Source: Camelus ferus (lineage: Eukaryota). Taken from it: 64,000 nt of DNA. Under the pieces are notes generated by a model. The model was not told the DNA's origin, did not search any database, and was given only the letters and a program-made list of their open reading frames with translations. The position numbers and the translations under genes were made by a program. Shown here one piece after another: positions 13,175 to 27,914 of the stretch. The DNA lies in contig NC_045697.1 of the NCBI RefSeq assembly GCF_009834535.1, forward strand, positions 79,548,001 to 79,612,000, in the 5' to 3' direction. Numbering within the stretch: the first letter of the stretch is position 1; each line of letters opens with the position of its first letter.

Positions 13175-14695
13175 TTTAAAAAGAAAGCTTTGCTTCTTAG
13201 AGCAGTTTTAAGTTCACAGTGAAATTGGGAGAAAGGTACAGAGGTTTTCCATAGACCCCTTGCCCCAACACAGGTATAGCCTCCCCCATAATTAACATCA
13301 CTTGTCAGACTGGTACATTTGTTACCAGGGATGAACTTCCATTGACACATCATTATCACCTAAAGTACATAGTTTACTTTAGGGTTCACTGTGTTATACA
13401 TTCTAATTCTATGAGTTGGACAAATCCTGTCAGAAAAGAATGTGAGTTGCTCTTGCTATACATCCTTGCCAGTCTTTGATGTTGGCCAGCCTGATAGGTG
13501 TGTTGTGGAATCTCATTATTTTACTTTGAATTCCTTTGATGACATATGATGTGGAACATCTTTTCTTATGCTTATTTGCCATCTGTATATCTTCTTTGGT
13601 GAGATGTCTGTTAAGGAACTTGGAACTTTTAAAATCTGGTCATTTTCTTATTATTGAGTTTTAAGAGTTCTTTGAATATTTTGGATAACAATCCTTTTTC
13701 TGATGTGTCTTTTGCAAACATTCCCCACCCCCCCAGTCTCTGCCTTGTCTTCTAATTCTCTTCATGTTGTCTTTTGCAGAGCAGATGTTTCAGTTTTAAT
13801 GAAATCTAGCTTATCAGTTATTTCTTTCATGGATCATGCCTTTGGTGGTGTTGTATTCAAAGTCACCTGGAAATTTATCTTTATTCCATTGTATTGCCTT
13901 TGCTCCTTTGTCAAGTATCAGTTGAATATATTTATTTGGGTCTATTTCTGGATTCTCTATTCTGTTCCACTGATCTGTCTATTCTTTCACCAAATACTAC
14001 CCAGTTTTGACTACTGTAGCTTTATAGTAATTCTTGAAGTTGAGTAGCATCAGTCTTCCAGCTTTTTTCTTCTCCTTCAATATTGTGTTGGCTATTCTGG
14101 ATCTTTTGTCTCTGTATACAAACTTTAGAATCAGTTTGTCAATATCTATAAGATAACTTGCTGGGATCTTGATTGGGATTGCATTGAGTCAATAGATCAA
14201 GTTTGGAAAAACTGACACCTTGACAATATTGAGTTCTCCTATCCATGAAGATGTGCTATCTCTCCATTGATTTAGTTCTTTGATTTCATTCATCAGAGTT
14301 TTGCTCACATAGATCTTGTACACATTTTGTTAGATTTATACCTAAGTATTTCATTTTTTTGGTGCTAATGCAAATGTTACTGTGTTTTTAACTTTAAATT
14401 CCACTTGTTCATTGTTGGTACGTAGAAAGCAGCTGACATTTATGTATTAACATTTTTCCTGCAACCTTGTTATAATCACTTATTAACTTCAAGAGTTTTT
14501 AGTTTGATTCTTTCAGACTTTCTACATCAGTGATCTGTCATCTGCAGACAAAGACAATTTTATGTCTTCCTTCCCAATCTGCCTGTGTACCTAAATTTCC
14601 TTTTCTTGCCTTACTGCATTAGCAAGGACTTCCAGTATGATTGCAAAGAAGTGTGAGAGGGGATGTCCTTTCTTTATACCTGATCTTAGTGGGAA
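13175..14695 (-). mobile_element. Old L1 (L1MC-like) 3' end and ORF2 remnant
   Basis: agagcagttttaagttcacag..gacacatcattatcacctaaag 3' UTR followed by degenerate ORF2 sequence. Confidence 0.85.
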
Positions 14696-14784
14696 TGTAC
14701 ATCTTTTTTGCTCATGAGAAAAGAAAAGATTTAGAGAGCATCTGCTTATTTTGTCAATGCACCCCTTGATTTCTTTGGTCTATT

Positions 14785-14910
14785 TTTGGTGGGAGGAAGT
14801 AATTGGGTTTGTTTGTTTGTTTGTTTATTAATAGAGGTATTGGGGATTGAACCCAGGACCTTGTGCATGCTAAGCATGTATTTTACCACTGAACTGTACC
14901 CTCCCCTGCC
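14785..14910 (-). mobile_element. tRNA-derived SINE (camelid type)
   Basis: ggggattgaacccaggaccttgtgcatgctaagcatg..accactgaactgtaccctcccc. Confidence 0.9.
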
Positions 14911-17619
14911 CCTAGATTTTTTTGATAGCTTTGGTTGTCTGTGACAAATAGGTATAAAATCAATACAGCCACAGTGGGGCTAGGGCTTTGGCATATGAAT
15001 TTTGGGAGGACACAAACAAAATGGGAAAATCCTGTGTTGGACAGTTTAAACAGAATCTAGTTGCCATCTATCAGGAAAGTTTTAGAGGGATCCTCAAACT
15101 AGGAGAGGCTTGACCATATGATCTCAGTTTTTTAAAATCTGAAGGAACAATTTAAGGCTGTAGGTTTTTGGAGGCAGGCATATATTGCAGCACACGTTTG
15201 AAAAAAAGTTTGATTTTATTCTGGGAACTTCTTAGGAACCAAAATTATAGGTGTTAGAAAATCAAGGTGGAAATAAAGAAAATCTCCTACCTCTAGAGCT
15301 GCCTATCCTTGGTTAGATATGAGAATTGAAAATGTTAGAATCTACCTAGATAGAATTTCCCATACCTTAATCTTCATAAATAATAAAAATAAAAGAAATA
15401 CATATATATTTGTCATGTAGCTGGTTCTTTAAAGACCAAATTCATAATTACATTATAAATATATTGTGTAATTAATGAAGGTTGACAACTACTTTTTGAG
15501 AACATAAGCTGCATTTCATCTTATTCTTTAACACATAATAACATAGTTTGTTTTCCAGTAGGCAATGAGGTAAATTTTGCATCAGTTAGGATATCAGATT
15601 TGGACCTAATAACAACTAAACAATTGAATGACTTGAAAACATTCTTACATACAGGTTGTACTGCAATGGAATTTGAATCCTTTTAGCATGAAAAATAGAT
15701 GGTAGTCTACATTGTTCAGTGTTGTTGATGGTTACTGATAGTTACTAATGGTTACTTAGAGGATGTTCATCATCTTAGATGGTTGGTATTTACTTTGGGC
15801 CTCACAAAAATTTATACTTAATGCTAACTGCTGCAGAAAAAAATTTGGTCCACTACAAGATATGCAAGAAACATATAGATGTTACACATTATATAATTTT
15901 CTACTTCCTTGTTTAGTTGATTTGCTAGTTTTTAGAAACATGGAGAAATGAAGGGCCAAAAAGGAAGGAGAGAAATAGAAAAGTTTTGTCCTGATATAAA
16001 GGAGGATGTACATTTTATTTGAATGGTATGCTATTCTTTTGTTTTTGCTTTATTATAAATTTGATACTTGCTTATTATAGAATGCTTGGAAAAGAGTGCA
16101 TTATTTTTAAACTTACCATCTGTTACCTCAAAACTAGAATTTTTTTGGATGTCATGGACTCATCATCCCTTTGATCCAGATTTATAAAAGAAAACCACAA
16201 CAATATGGCTTACTTTTAAAAGAACTACAGTTTTTACAGTTAAGAACCTTAAAGTATTAAAAATATAAGAAAATCTTCAAATTAAGTTTTTATCTTTTGA
16301 CGTCATTTATTAAATTATTTTATCAACAAATTAAAACAAGTCACAACTGAGCCAAAAGTTAAGCTGTTAAGATTGTTCATATCGAGACTATTGATATGAA
16401 AGGCTAGAAGATTATTTACATTTTGTTTAAAGAATTTAATTATACTAGTATATACTTGCATATTAGTTATACAATAATAACTTAGAAAAGTAGTTATAAG
16501 ACAAGTAGTTTTATCATATTATTTACCCTGAAGACCCTTTGTTAAGAATTTTATCTCATCATGCATTACTAAAAATTAAATAGGAACTATTTTATATTGT
16601 GGTTTATCACATTGCTGAATAACCAAATCATAGAAACTTAAAGACTGAAATATTCTTAGAGATGATTTTGTTCATTTCTATCTTTCATAGATGAGAAAAC
16701 TTAAAGCTCAGATAGAAATGAGGTGATTTCCTCTGTTGAGTAACTAGCAGCTCCTCCCGCCTCCAACCCCACCACATTTTATCACTTTTCATTTGTAGGG
16801 TTTATTAGAGTAACTAATTGTTAATTTCCCACCCCAACCCAATGTACTTGAAGATATATTTAACAATGCAAGAGAGCTCTGAAGTGCTTCTATTACAGAA
16901 GTAGATTTCATTTTAAGACAAGCCATAAAAGGTCATGAAAATCCATTGGAAAAATTTTCATGCAGTTAAGAGTTTATTTGCATAGATTTCTAACTTAGAT
17001 GTCTTATGAAATCAATTGCTGTGTATTAAGGTTTCATTTATAAGAATTTGATGTATTTAATACAGTATTTTGATAGACAAGTCTCTTGTCTGGAAGAGGA
17101 ATCAGGTCATTTGTTGGAGGAAATTCAATTGATTAAATAATAAAGGCAGAGTATATGGTTATCTCATTTGTTTACTGCTTTGCCTATTCCTAGCCAATAA
17201 TAAAATAAGTCAATTCCATAAAAAATACTCCTCAAAATTCAATTTAACTATAATTGAGTCTATAAGTTCTAGAGTGCTTGTAGGGGAGTACAGTATCCAA
17301 GCCTGAGTTAATACTAAGCGATCAGGTTTAATTTCTTTCACAGTATGAGTTGTTAGCTGTTTTCCCTTTGAGCCAAGGGAGGTGCTGAATGCAGAGGTAA
17401 GAGGCACTTTCTTCTGTTGCCTCTAATTATTCTAGCTGGGAATCAGTTCTTAAGTGCATTCATCAAAATAGTGAACTTGCTGCCAGTAGCCTTATTTGCC
17501 TGCCAACATGAGAATCTGGGTATAGATTTTTGATATCAGGGTAGCACAGTTCTTTGCAAGGAAGAACCAGTGACAGAAATTGACTCTATAGGCAACTGTG
17601 AGACAAAACAATAAAATGA

Positions 17620-17830
17620 GCCTGGGCTATAGAGTCAGAAAGTAATTAGGTTTGAATTCTAGTCCTAGGACTTGCAAACAGTATGACTGGGAAATACTAA
17701 TTGCTTAATACTAAGCCTTAATTTGGCCATCTATGAAATGAGGATAATAATAATATGTTTGCTTTGAGAATCAAATGAAATAATGAATGTCAAGCCCCAA
17801 CAGCAGCATCTGGTACATGTTGCATGTCTT
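17620..17830 (+). mobile_element. MIR
   Basis: ggtttgaattctagtcct..catctatgaaatgaggataataat..aatcaaatgaaataatg. Confidence 0.7.
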
Positions 17831-18299
17831 AATTCCCTCCCTGTCTCCCTACAAATCCAACTCTACTTTCTTTAGATTCTTTTAGAGACTAAACTGCAGA
17901 ATAACTGAAGTGGGGACAGACAGCATTGGGCTATTACAGAAGCCATCTTATCTGTAGACATTGCCTTCCAATATGTGTAGGAGGGGGACTGAAATTACCG
18001 TTCTCCACTGTGCTCTCAGCCTAACCCCTGCACTAACTGTAAACAGTGCAAATCCAATTAATTTCCAATTCCCAGAAGCCTCATCTCTGGCTCTATTACT
18101 CAGAGACTTGACATGATGACAATGAGTCCTGCATTCCAGGGTGAAGTGATTCAAGATTGGTCCTTTGCTTATAGAGTCCCAGTGCTCAGGTAGGGTGGGT
18201 TACTATTTTTCTCTATGAAAGATGAACAAGAGCCACAGATGCTAAAGTAAGATAGATGTCAAGATCCAAGGACAGGATCAGAAAGGACAACTGGATTAA

Positions 18300-19010
18300 T
18301 CTTTAAAATTGTGGTAAAATGCATATACCATAAACTTTACTATTTTAACCATTTTTAAGTAAGAGTACAGTTTGGTGACATTAAATACTTTTACATTGTT
18401 GTGCAATCATCACCATCCACTTCTGGAACTTCTTTATTCTTATGAAATGAAAACTCTATACCCATTAAACAATAACTTCCCCCCTCCAGCCCCTGGCCAC
18501 CACCATTCTGCTTTATGTCTTTATAAATTTGACTACTCTAGATACCTCATGAGTGGAATCATACAGTATTTGTACTTTTGTGACTGGCTTATTTTGCTTA
18601 CCATAATGACTTTGGGGGTCATCTGTATTGTAGCATTTATCAGAATTTCCTTCCTTTTTGTGGCTGAATAATATTCCATTGTATGTATATACTATATTTT
18701 ATTTAGCTATTCATTCATCAATGGATACTTGGGTTGCTTCCACCTCTTTGCTAGTGTGAACAATGCTTTTACAGACATTGGTGTATAAATATCTGTTCAA
18801 GTCCCTGCTTTCAGGTCTTTTGAGTGAATACCAAGAAGTTAAATTGCTGGATCAAATGGTAATTACATTATAATTTTTTTAGGAATTGCTGAACTTTTCC
18901 ATAGTGACTGCATCATTTTACATTACCAATAGCAGTGTACACATCCTTGCCAACACTTGTTAGTTTCTGTTTTTTTTTTAATAATGTCATCCAAATGGGT
19001 GTGAAGTGGT
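18300..19010 (-). mobile_element. Old L1 (L1MA/L1MB-like) 3' end
   Basis: aattgtggtaaaat..agtggaatcatacagtatttg..ggtgtgaagtggta. Confidence 0.88.
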
Positions 19011-19489
19011 AGATTAATCTTAAAGAACATGAATTATGATGTACCATGCATAACCTGTTTCATTTCCTAGCCTAGGCTCCATGCTCATAGTAGGTACTTG
19101 TTAAATGAATGAATGAGAACCCATACTTCATAAATGAAATGAAATACTAATAGAAAATAACCCTGGAAGTATTACAATACAACTTATTCATCTATCCATT
19201 CATGAAATGGAGTGTGTGACAAGCACTATGTTAATTGTTAGGAGTTCAAATTTCAATAAAAAGTGAAACCAGAACAAATGTAGTTCCTTCTCACAAAGAC
19301 CTCACAATCTGTTACCTGTAGGAAGAAAAGCTGAACCAAGATATGGCAGCTTAATTAAAATATCCTTAAACACATCTAACCCTTTTGGTTCTAGGGTCTG
19401 TATTTTTCAAGGCAAATAATGATTAGTAATGATACTGTATTTTGTTTTGGTGACACGTGTATTTTCTTTTGTGAATTAGTATATATCAT

Positions 19490-19529
19490 ACATACATACA
19501 TACATGTATACATATATATGTATAAACTG

Positions 19530-19587
<58 letters not shown>

Positions 19588-19590
19588 TAT
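19490..19590. repeat. (TACA)n followed by compound (GATA)n(GACA)n microsatellite
   Basis: Directly visible tetranucleotide runs. Confidence 0.95.
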
Positions 19591-20199
19591 AGTTTACTTC
19601 ATGGGATTCAAGGACTCAGGAGTTCTGGGAGTAAAATAAGCCCTGATGGCTGTAAGGCATCCATTGTATGTAATGAATTAACTTCTCTTTGCATCTAGAA
19701 TGGTAGTAGTTATTTGCCATTCTTGGGAGAATTGAGAAGTAATCTCTCATATAATTTTCAGTATTCTGTACTTAGATGAAGAACCCCTGTTGTGAAAGTC
19801 TGCCTCAGCGACTTTCCACTTTTGAGTGAAGTAATAAGAATTGATCTTCTGAACCTACAAAGTGGAGGAATATTCACTGGACCATGGTAATTGCAGAGAC
19901 ACGCAGGACACTAAAGGAGTCAGTTGACTTGACTTGTACATTACTGCTTCTGCCTTCCGTATACATTCAGAAGGATGAGGAGGAATAGTCTGATTTTCTT
20001 CCTGTAGAGAGGAGAATTGGGCTTAGTTTTTGGGGGGTGGGTGGGATTTGTTTTATGCCCAAGTCAACAAAATGCTGCAAACATTGATGCTGCCATTTTG
20101 TTTATTATACTGAAGCCACACACTGAACTGCCTCCTTGAACATAAATGTACAGTGCCTTGCTACTGGGATCTGCACTACTCTTTCTACCTATTTAATTT

Positions 20200-20850
20200 C
20201 ACTTATGTAACAAGTATTTTTGGAGCTCCTGCTACATCCCAAGTACTATGCCATGTCCTGAGAATACAAAGATGAACTGATCCTGTGGTCTAGTGGTGAA
20301 AGACAAGTGAATAGCCAGTTATAATTGCTGCTATTCATAAATGACAGAAAGCACAGGATGCTGAGGTAGCACAGAAAAGAGACCCCTAACTCAAATGAGA
20401 AGAATGAGTGGGGAGACTCCCTGGGGAAACTGATAACTAAATTAAGATCTATCGATTGACTAGGAGTTAGCTAAGCACGGAAAGGGAAAACTTTTTTAGA
20501 AGAAACAGCACATACAAAGGCCCAGCCTGGGTAAGCATACGTTCCTAAGAAATGAAAAAAAAATGTAATCCTGGTTTGAGACCAGATTGTGAGGGTGTGA
20601 GATGAAGCCAGAGAGATAAGCAGGCGCTAATCTAGGATATTACAATCCTTCTTCCAGACTTTGGTGACTTTTTGGATATGTGATGTGGGGGGAAAAGGGT
20701 GACTCCCCCTGGTTTCTGGCTTGGCCACTGAGTGAGATGGAAAACAGTAAGAGTATCAGGTTTCCTAAGGAAGATAGTAAATTCAATTTAAGGTAATTTG
20801 TATTTGAGGCGCCTGTGCAACAACCAAGGAGGCTTTTAGGGTAAAAGTTT
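20200..20850 (-). mobile_element. L2 fragment
   Basis: aacaagtattttttggagctcctgcta..gaatacaaagatgaa..ggtttctggcttgg. Confidence 0.7.
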
Positions 20851-21179
20851 AGGGGTTAGGAGAAATTATTGTTGTTGATGTTTTAATTGTTGCTCTTACT
20901 GCAAATCTTCTTTTAGGATGCCTCTGTAGAATAAATAATTTACGAATTAGAGATATTTCCTGTGGGATTGGATCCAAAGAGTATAAGAAGAAAGAGCATA
21001 TAACTTGCTGCTTCTTGGGAGCATAATGGGCATTGTTTTGATGATCATTTTTTTACCAACAGCGAAATAGTTGCTCCTTCAAATTTCCTTGTATATATAT
21101 AGTTATATATACATAGATAAAGTCTTTTTATGAATTAATTTTTTAAAAGTTTACAATTTTATTTATTTTTACTTTTTTT

Positions 21180-21300
21180 TGTTTTGGGGGGTAGGTAATT
21201 AGGTTTATTTATTTTTTAAATGTAGGTACCAGGGGTTGACCCAGGACCTTATGCATGCTAACTAAGCACACACTCTACCACTGAGCTGTACCCTCCCCTT
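21180..21300 (-). mobile_element. tRNA-derived SINE (camelid type)
   Basis: ggtaattaggtttattt..cccaggaccttatgcatgcta..ctaccactgagctgtaccctcccc. Confidence 0.9.
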
Positions 21301-21959
21301 GATAAGGTCTTGATATATTGGTTGATGTGCTTATCTTTGGGAAGTGAGATTAGCTGGAGGAGAGGGGAATATTACTTTATGTCACTTTATATTGCTAGAA
21401 CTTTTTTACACAAAGCATTTTATTTTTATGAAAAAATAATTATTTGAAAATTACCGAGTAAACATTCTGAGTACGTTGGATGGATAAAAAATAATTGAAG
21501 GGGTGGGGAAGTTTTGAAGGGCAATGTAGAAGACATTGAAAGAAAAAAAATGGCTGGAAGTGAGTTAGGAGGTTTGGGGATACTGCACAAACTACATGGG
21601 GAAGTCTTTTTGCCTCCCTAAGTGGTATATTAGGAACCATGTGTAAAGGAATTTTTGTGATTCAGTTGTTACTTCTTATTTATCCTCCTGTAGCAAACCT
21701 CCAACATTATACATGTTAGCAAGACTCAACCAGTACTCCCTGTTAGGCTGTCGTGGTTATTTATAGCTAATGTCTGTTCTGGTTGGTTTGATTACTGGTT
21801 GTTATTATCACTCCTGCCTTAGTAATTTACATTCTGTGGCATCACCGAATTAGGAAACCTTTTGTGACATCTGCTTCTTCGTCCATCTCCTTTTAAGTTG
21901 AGCTGTTAGCTCCTTCTCCGTTTATTCAGTATTCCCTGATCCATGCCTATCTTGGTACC

Positions 21960-22400
21960 TGTGGTGGGTTAAATAATGACCCCCAAAGGTATCTGGTCCT
22001 AATTCCTGGAACCATTACATGTTACCTTATAGAAAAGGGATCCTTGCAAATGTGATTAAGTTAAAGATCTTGAGATGGGAACATTATACTGGGTTACACA
22101 GATAGACCCTAAATGCCATTACAAGTGTCCTTATAAGAGATAGGCAGAGAGAGATTGACACACAGACAGAAGAGAATGTAATGTAAAGCTGGAGAAGACA
22201 AAGATTTGAAGATACTGGCTTTGAAGATTGGAGTGATGTGGCTACAAGTCAAGGGATGCTGACAGCCACTAGAAACTAAGGGGTAAGGGACAGATTCTCC
22301 CTGGAGCCGTGGGAGGGAATGCAGCCCTGCTGACACCTTGATTTTGACCTCATGAAACATTTCATGTTTCAACTCCAGAAATCGGAGAAAATAAGTATCT
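21960..22400 (+). mobile_element. MaLR LTR (MLT1C/D-like)
   Basis: tgtggtgggttaaataatgacccccaaag..gtgattaagttaaagatcttgagatggg..gctgacaccttgatttt. Confidence 0.85.
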
Positions 22401-22419
22401 CTCACTCCATTGGTCACTT

Positions 22420-23695
22420 TTACATTTTGTTGTTTGTTTTCTTTGCTTTACAACATTTGATATAGTACCACTTGTTTGTTATTGCTTCTGTTACCTGTGC
22501 TTTTGGTATCCTATCCAAAAAATTGTTGCCAGAAGGTTGTTTTCCTATGTTTTCTTCTAGGAGTTTTACAGTTCCAGGTCTTCCATTTAGGTATTTAATC
22601 CATTTCAGGTTAATTTTTGAGTATGGTATAAGATAAGGGTCCAATTTCATTTTTTTTTTACATGTGGCTGTCCTATTTTCCCAACATTATTTTTTGAAAA
22701 GATTATCCTTTACCTATTCTGTATTCTTGGCACCCTTGTCATAGGTTAGTTGACTATATGTGCATGGGTTTATTTCTGGGCTCTCTATTCTGTTCCATTG
22801 GTTTATGTGTCTGTTTTCTGCCAGTACCATTCTGTTTTGAATACTGTACTTATATAATATAGTTTGAAATCAGGGAGCATGATGCCTTCAGCTTTATTCC
22901 TCTTTCTCAGGAGTTTTTGGGTATTTAGTGTCTTTTATGGTTCCATTTGAATTGTAGTTTTTTTCTATTTCTATGAAAATTGCTATTGGAATTTTATAGA
23001 AATTGCATTGAATCTGTAGATTGCTTTGGGTATTATGAACATTTTAACAGTGTTAGTTTTTCTAATTTGTGAGCATGGAGTATCTTTCCATTTATTAGTG
23101 TCGTCTTCAATTTCTTTCTGTAATGTGTTACAGTTTTCAGTGTACAAGTCTTTTATCTCCTTGGTTAAATTTATTCCTAAGTATTTTATTCTTTTTGATG
23201 CTATTGTAAGTGAGATTTAAAAAATTTTCTCTGATAGTTTGTTGTAAATGTATAGAAACACAACTGATTTTTGTACATTAATTTTGTATCCTGCAACTTT
23301 ACTGAGTATGTTTGTTAATTCCAATAGTTTTTTTTTTTTTTTTGAGGTGTCTTTAGGGTTTTCTGTGTATAAGAGTATGTCATCTGTAAACAGAGACAAT
23401 GTTACTTCTTCCTTTTCTGTTTGGATGCTTTTTATTTCCTTTTGTTGCCTTGTTAATGTGGCTAAAATTTCTAGTGCTATGTTGAATAGACCTGTCAAAA
23501 GTGGACATCCTTGTCTTTTTCCTGATCTTAGAGGAAATGTTTTCAGCTTTTCACAGTTGAATATGATGTTAGATGTGGACTGTCATATTTAACCTTTTCC
23601 TGTGTTGAGGTTCTACACCTAATTTGTTGAGAGTTCTATTATGAAAGGATGTTGAATTCTGTCAAATGCTTTTTCTTCATCAGTTGAGATGACCA
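22420..23695 (-). mobile_element. L1 ORF2 remnant
   Basis: ORF fragments KLDPYLIPYSKINLKWIK and [33 protein letters not shown]. Confidence 0.92.
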
Positions 23696-24339
23696 ACATA
23701 TTTTTCTGATGCTTTGTAAGCTCTAGGCACTGACCTAGGCACTAAGGAGACCATTAGAAAGGATCCAGACACTAGCCCAGTGCTCCAAGAGCTAATATTC
23801 TGGTTGCAGTCTAAGATCTCAAGGATGTAGGGACTGTGACAAAGTAGATAGGTCTGTGGATTTTTGTATCTTTGTTTTTAAGATTGTGTGGGGCAAACAA
23901 AATGAGTCTGTAGGGGAACCTGGCTCTTGGGTGGCCTGAAGTTTCTTAGCATGGTTTCCAAGGCCCTCTCTGATTGAGGTCCCTTTTAAGCACTTTCCAT
24001 CCTTATTTCCTGCTACTCCATAATTCTCAGTCCAGTAGTACAGACCTGTTTCTAGTCCCTGCAAAACACTATGCTGTTCTGCACCTCTGTTTCTGTTGTC
24101 TTTTCTATTGTCGCTCTCTCTCCAATCACAATTGCTGTTAAAATACCTGACACTCATTAACTGTAGGTTGAACTGAACTGAATATGACTCAGTGTTATTT
24201 AAGTAACTTACAGTCTGGTTGAGGAGACAAATGTGTATGCAAACATCTTCACAGAAACACATGCAGGCACCAAAATAAGTTCACTGCTCTTACTGGAATG
24301 ATATACCACAGCAATGAAAAATGTGCAAATGCAATTTAC

Positions 24340-25500
24340 AGTTACTGTTCTTTGAGGAGAGCTGGAGAATGGCAGAGATTCTGTGTGATGGGTGATTTTT
24401 ATTCATAATTTTAGAAAGAGGTTAAACTTTGGATTTTGCTGTACAATTGGGTTTGACATTGGTCCTCAGAAAATTTAAAATGAATTTTAAAATAGGAAGT
24501 GTGTGAGGATTCAGATTGGGGAGCAATAATCACTAGGAATCAGGGTGGGTTTACAAAGAGTGGATGAGATCAAACTAATCTTGCTCCTTTTATTCATAGG
24601 TCTCTTAATTGGTAAGGAAATGCTGAAGATCCAATGTTTCAACTTGGCCTTGGGCAATCCCCCAGAAAGAAGGATTTTGTTATTTTGTCATTGGACTTGA
24701 TTCTTTACTCTTTTTCAGACTTCGTGGATGAGGCTAAAGAAAGACATGTTAATTAAATTTACAGATGACTATGTTTTAATTACTTTCAAATTTCACAAGG
24801 GTACATGTAACCATATATGTACAAATAGATTCAGCATTCATCTGCTTATATTCAAGAAAATGTAGATCTATTTTAAGAACAATTCAGTGGAAAAGGTCTT
24901 GTGACTTTAGTTAACTGCAAGCTCATTATGAGCCGATAGTGCAGAGGATTGCCAAGAAAAGTGGATACAAATCTAGGCTGCATTGGGGGTTGGAGGTTGT
25001 AGCTCAGTGGAAGAGCAAGTGCTTGGCATGCATGGGGACTGGGTTCAATCCCCAGTGTTTCCGTTAAGGGAAAAAATAGTAAAAAAAATTTTTTTTAATT
25101 TTTAAAAAATAGTAAAAATTTTTTAAAAATTAAAAAAGAATCTAGACTGCATTAATAACAGCTGATTTTCAGGATAAGATTACCACTTCTTTGTGCTTCT
25201 TAGACCAGATATATTTGAAGTCTTGAGTTCTTAGATCTGGGTTCCACGTTTCAAGAGGAAACACTGACAAAATGGAGCATATTTGGAAGTAGGTAAGCAG
25301 GACAATGAAGAGAGTGAAAAATTATGTCAAACAGAAAATGGCTGAGTAAACTGGGAACTTAATTGCTTTCTTCAATTATGTGGAAGAAAGGGTACACAAA
25401 TTTTATGTCACTCCAGAGAACAGAACTAAAACAGTGGGGCTGAGGAATTTGAAGAAAGCATTTTATAACTCAATATTAGGAAGAACTAAAAACTAGAGCT
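24340..25500 (+). mobile_element. L3/CR1 3' remnant with a nested SINE
   Basis: aagctcattatgagccgatagtg..aatctaggctgcatt|aataacag..ctgggttccacgtttcaagagg..actgacaaaatggagc resembles the end of L3 ORF2. Confidence 0.7.
24985..25138 (+). mobile_element. tRNA-derived SINE with TSD
   Basis: A box (tagctcagtgg) and B box (ggttcaatcc). TSD AATCTAG(G/A)CTGCATT at 24970-24984 and 25139-25153. Confidence 0.92.
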
Positions 25501-26509
25501 CTTAAAATTTGAGTGAGATTAAGTATTAATTGTCAGTAATGTAGAGATGATAGTTCTTTCCTATTCAATTTTAATCAAACTCTAATAGAAAACAAACAAA
25601 TGAAAATGGGATTTTTTTTTCTCTAAAGTTGGGGGCAAATTTCAAAAATTACCTGAAAAAAACAAATGGACAGAAAAAGACAAATACTGTATGATATCAC
25701 TTATATGTAGAATCTAAAAAATAAATCAAACGTGAATATAACAACAATAACAAGAAAAACAAAGGGGCAAAAATGGCTTTAATCGAAAAGAGAAGGTTGT
25801 TTCATTATTATATAAAGCTATAGTGATTAAATTAAAATGGCACTGGTATAGGCAAATCAATGGAATAGTTATCTCAGAAATAGACTTTGATATATCAATA
25901 ATTTAATAAGAGACAAAAGTATAATAAGTGAGGAGAAATAGATGGATTATTTAATAATTTTAAAGGATAATTGGTTTCATAATGGGGAAAGACAAAATAC
26001 TCAAAAAAAAAAAAATCCAGGTAATTTAAATTGTTATGTGATTAAAAAAATCAAGCCATAAAAATTAGAAAAATTGGAGGTAAATATTTAGAAAACTGGA
26101 CTTGGGAAGAATTTTTCTGTGTTATTATGTTTTACTGTACAACCTATCACATATAAAAATAAATAGGGTGAATAGTATGGCAAATACCCATACATTCCTA
26201 CATAGGTTTACTAATCATTAACATTTTGCTATATTTTTTTTTCTTTTTAAAGCATATGGAAATAAATTATAGTCATATTGTTTTACCCTTACATTCCATA
26301 GTATGTATCTCTAAGAAAAGGATATTTTCCTAACTACACATAATACTATTATCACATCTGAAAAATTAATAAAAATTCCCTGATATCTTCTAATAGTCTG
26401 TACACATTCAGTTTCCTCAGTTGTCCCCAAAGGGTGTCTTTGTTGTTTTTAGCAAACTTTCCCAAACCAGGATCTAATCAATGGCCAGCATGGCTCTTAC
26501 CATTTGGCT

Positions 26510-26650
26510 TTTTTTTCGGGTATGGGGGGTAAATTAGGTTTATTTATTTGTTTGTTTGTTTGTTTTTAAGACAGAGGCACAGGGGATTGAACCCAGGACC
26601 TCGTACATGCTAAGCACAAGCTCTACCACTGAGGTGTACCCTCCCCACCG
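26510..26650 (-). mobile_element. tRNA-derived SINE with TSD
   Basis: SINE body flanked by TSD CCATTTGGCT at 26500-26509 and 26651-26660. Confidence 0.92.
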
Positions 26651-27486
26651 CCATTTGGCTACAATAGGTCTCTTTTCTGTGTTAGTTCAGGAAAGTCCTC
26701 CCCTCCCCTCTTTAAAAAATTGTATTTACTTGTTGAAGAGACTAGGTCAATTTTTTGGTAGAATTCCATCCTCCGGATATGTATGATTGTTTCCTTCAGG
26801 TTTCATTTAACTTTTCGTTCATTCCCCACTGTATTTCCTGTAAACTGGAAATTTCGATTTCAAGTTATGACTAAAGTCAGGTGAAACATTTTTGTCAAGA
26901 ATATTTCATGGATCATGCTGTGAATATTATATTGTATTATTTTAGGGGTTGCACAATACCTAGTTGTTTTACTTTTCATAATGCTAAGCCTCATCACTGG
27001 GTTAATGGTTAATGTGAAAATTGCAACATCACTCCATTATAAAGTTATGATTTTTCCCCTTGAGACAAGGAAATATTCTGTGTTGATAACTTGGCAGCAG
27101 ATTAGTATCCAGTCCCTTGTCCACCTTATGCTCAATGCTTTTAACATCCATTGCTGATTCTTGCCTGAACCACTTATTCCATTACAAGTTGCAAAACGGT
27201 GATTTTCCAATTCTGTCAGTCCTCTTGCATTCATTAATTAGAATTCTTCTGTCAAGAAGAGGTTCCCTCATCAACTAGAGCTAATTGTTATTCTGAAATA
27301 GATTTCCATGTGAGAAAGAAAGAATTAATTCTTAAATTTCTTTCTTTACCAATTTTTGAGTAAGAAACTGGTAATAACTGTCATCTCAATTAGTGGCAAA
27401 TGTGATTTCTTTCCCCCTATGTTGAGTGTCATTAGGAATTTTATATATTCAAATACATCAATCAGTTATAGTATTCTTTATGATGC

Positions 27487-27914
27487 TGTGATTGTGTTTA
27501 CCAAAGAAGGCTACACTAATATATTTGGTCCCACATGTTCTTCTTACAATGTGATGTTGACACTTCTCCATCACTTCGCCCAGCAGAAGTGGGACATATG
27601 CTTTTAGTGAAATCCAATCACCCTGAAGCCATTGTATTGGAAAGAGCACATGGTAAGACACTATACAGCTATAGAGAGTTAACCAGGAAGTCCTAAGTGT
27701 TTCAGTTTTTAGCTGTTCAAGTCCAGGCAACAGACATATAAGTGAACAAGCTCTCAGTAGATTTCAGCCTCCAGCTTTTGAGATGCCCAGCTGATACTGA
27801 GTAGACACCAGTTGACCCACTGAGCCTTACCCAGACTGAAGATTTGAGCAAAGAATGAATGTTGTTTTAAGCCAAGTTTGGTATGATCTTACATAGCCAT
27901 AGTTAACTAGAACT
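27487..27914 (+). mobile_element. MaLR LTR (MLT1F/G-like)
   Basis: cttacaatgtgatgttgacac..gttgttttaagcc..catagttaactagaac, with a 5-bp GATGC TSD. Confidence 0.75.

Noticed and set aside
23819..24262. 147-aa minus-strand ORF
   Set aside because: It overlaps L2-like sequence, has no recognisable domain and lacks splice support.
24985..25065. tRNA-like sequences here and at the other SINE heads
   Set aside because: They are tRNA-derived SINE heads with tails and TSDs, not tRNA genes.
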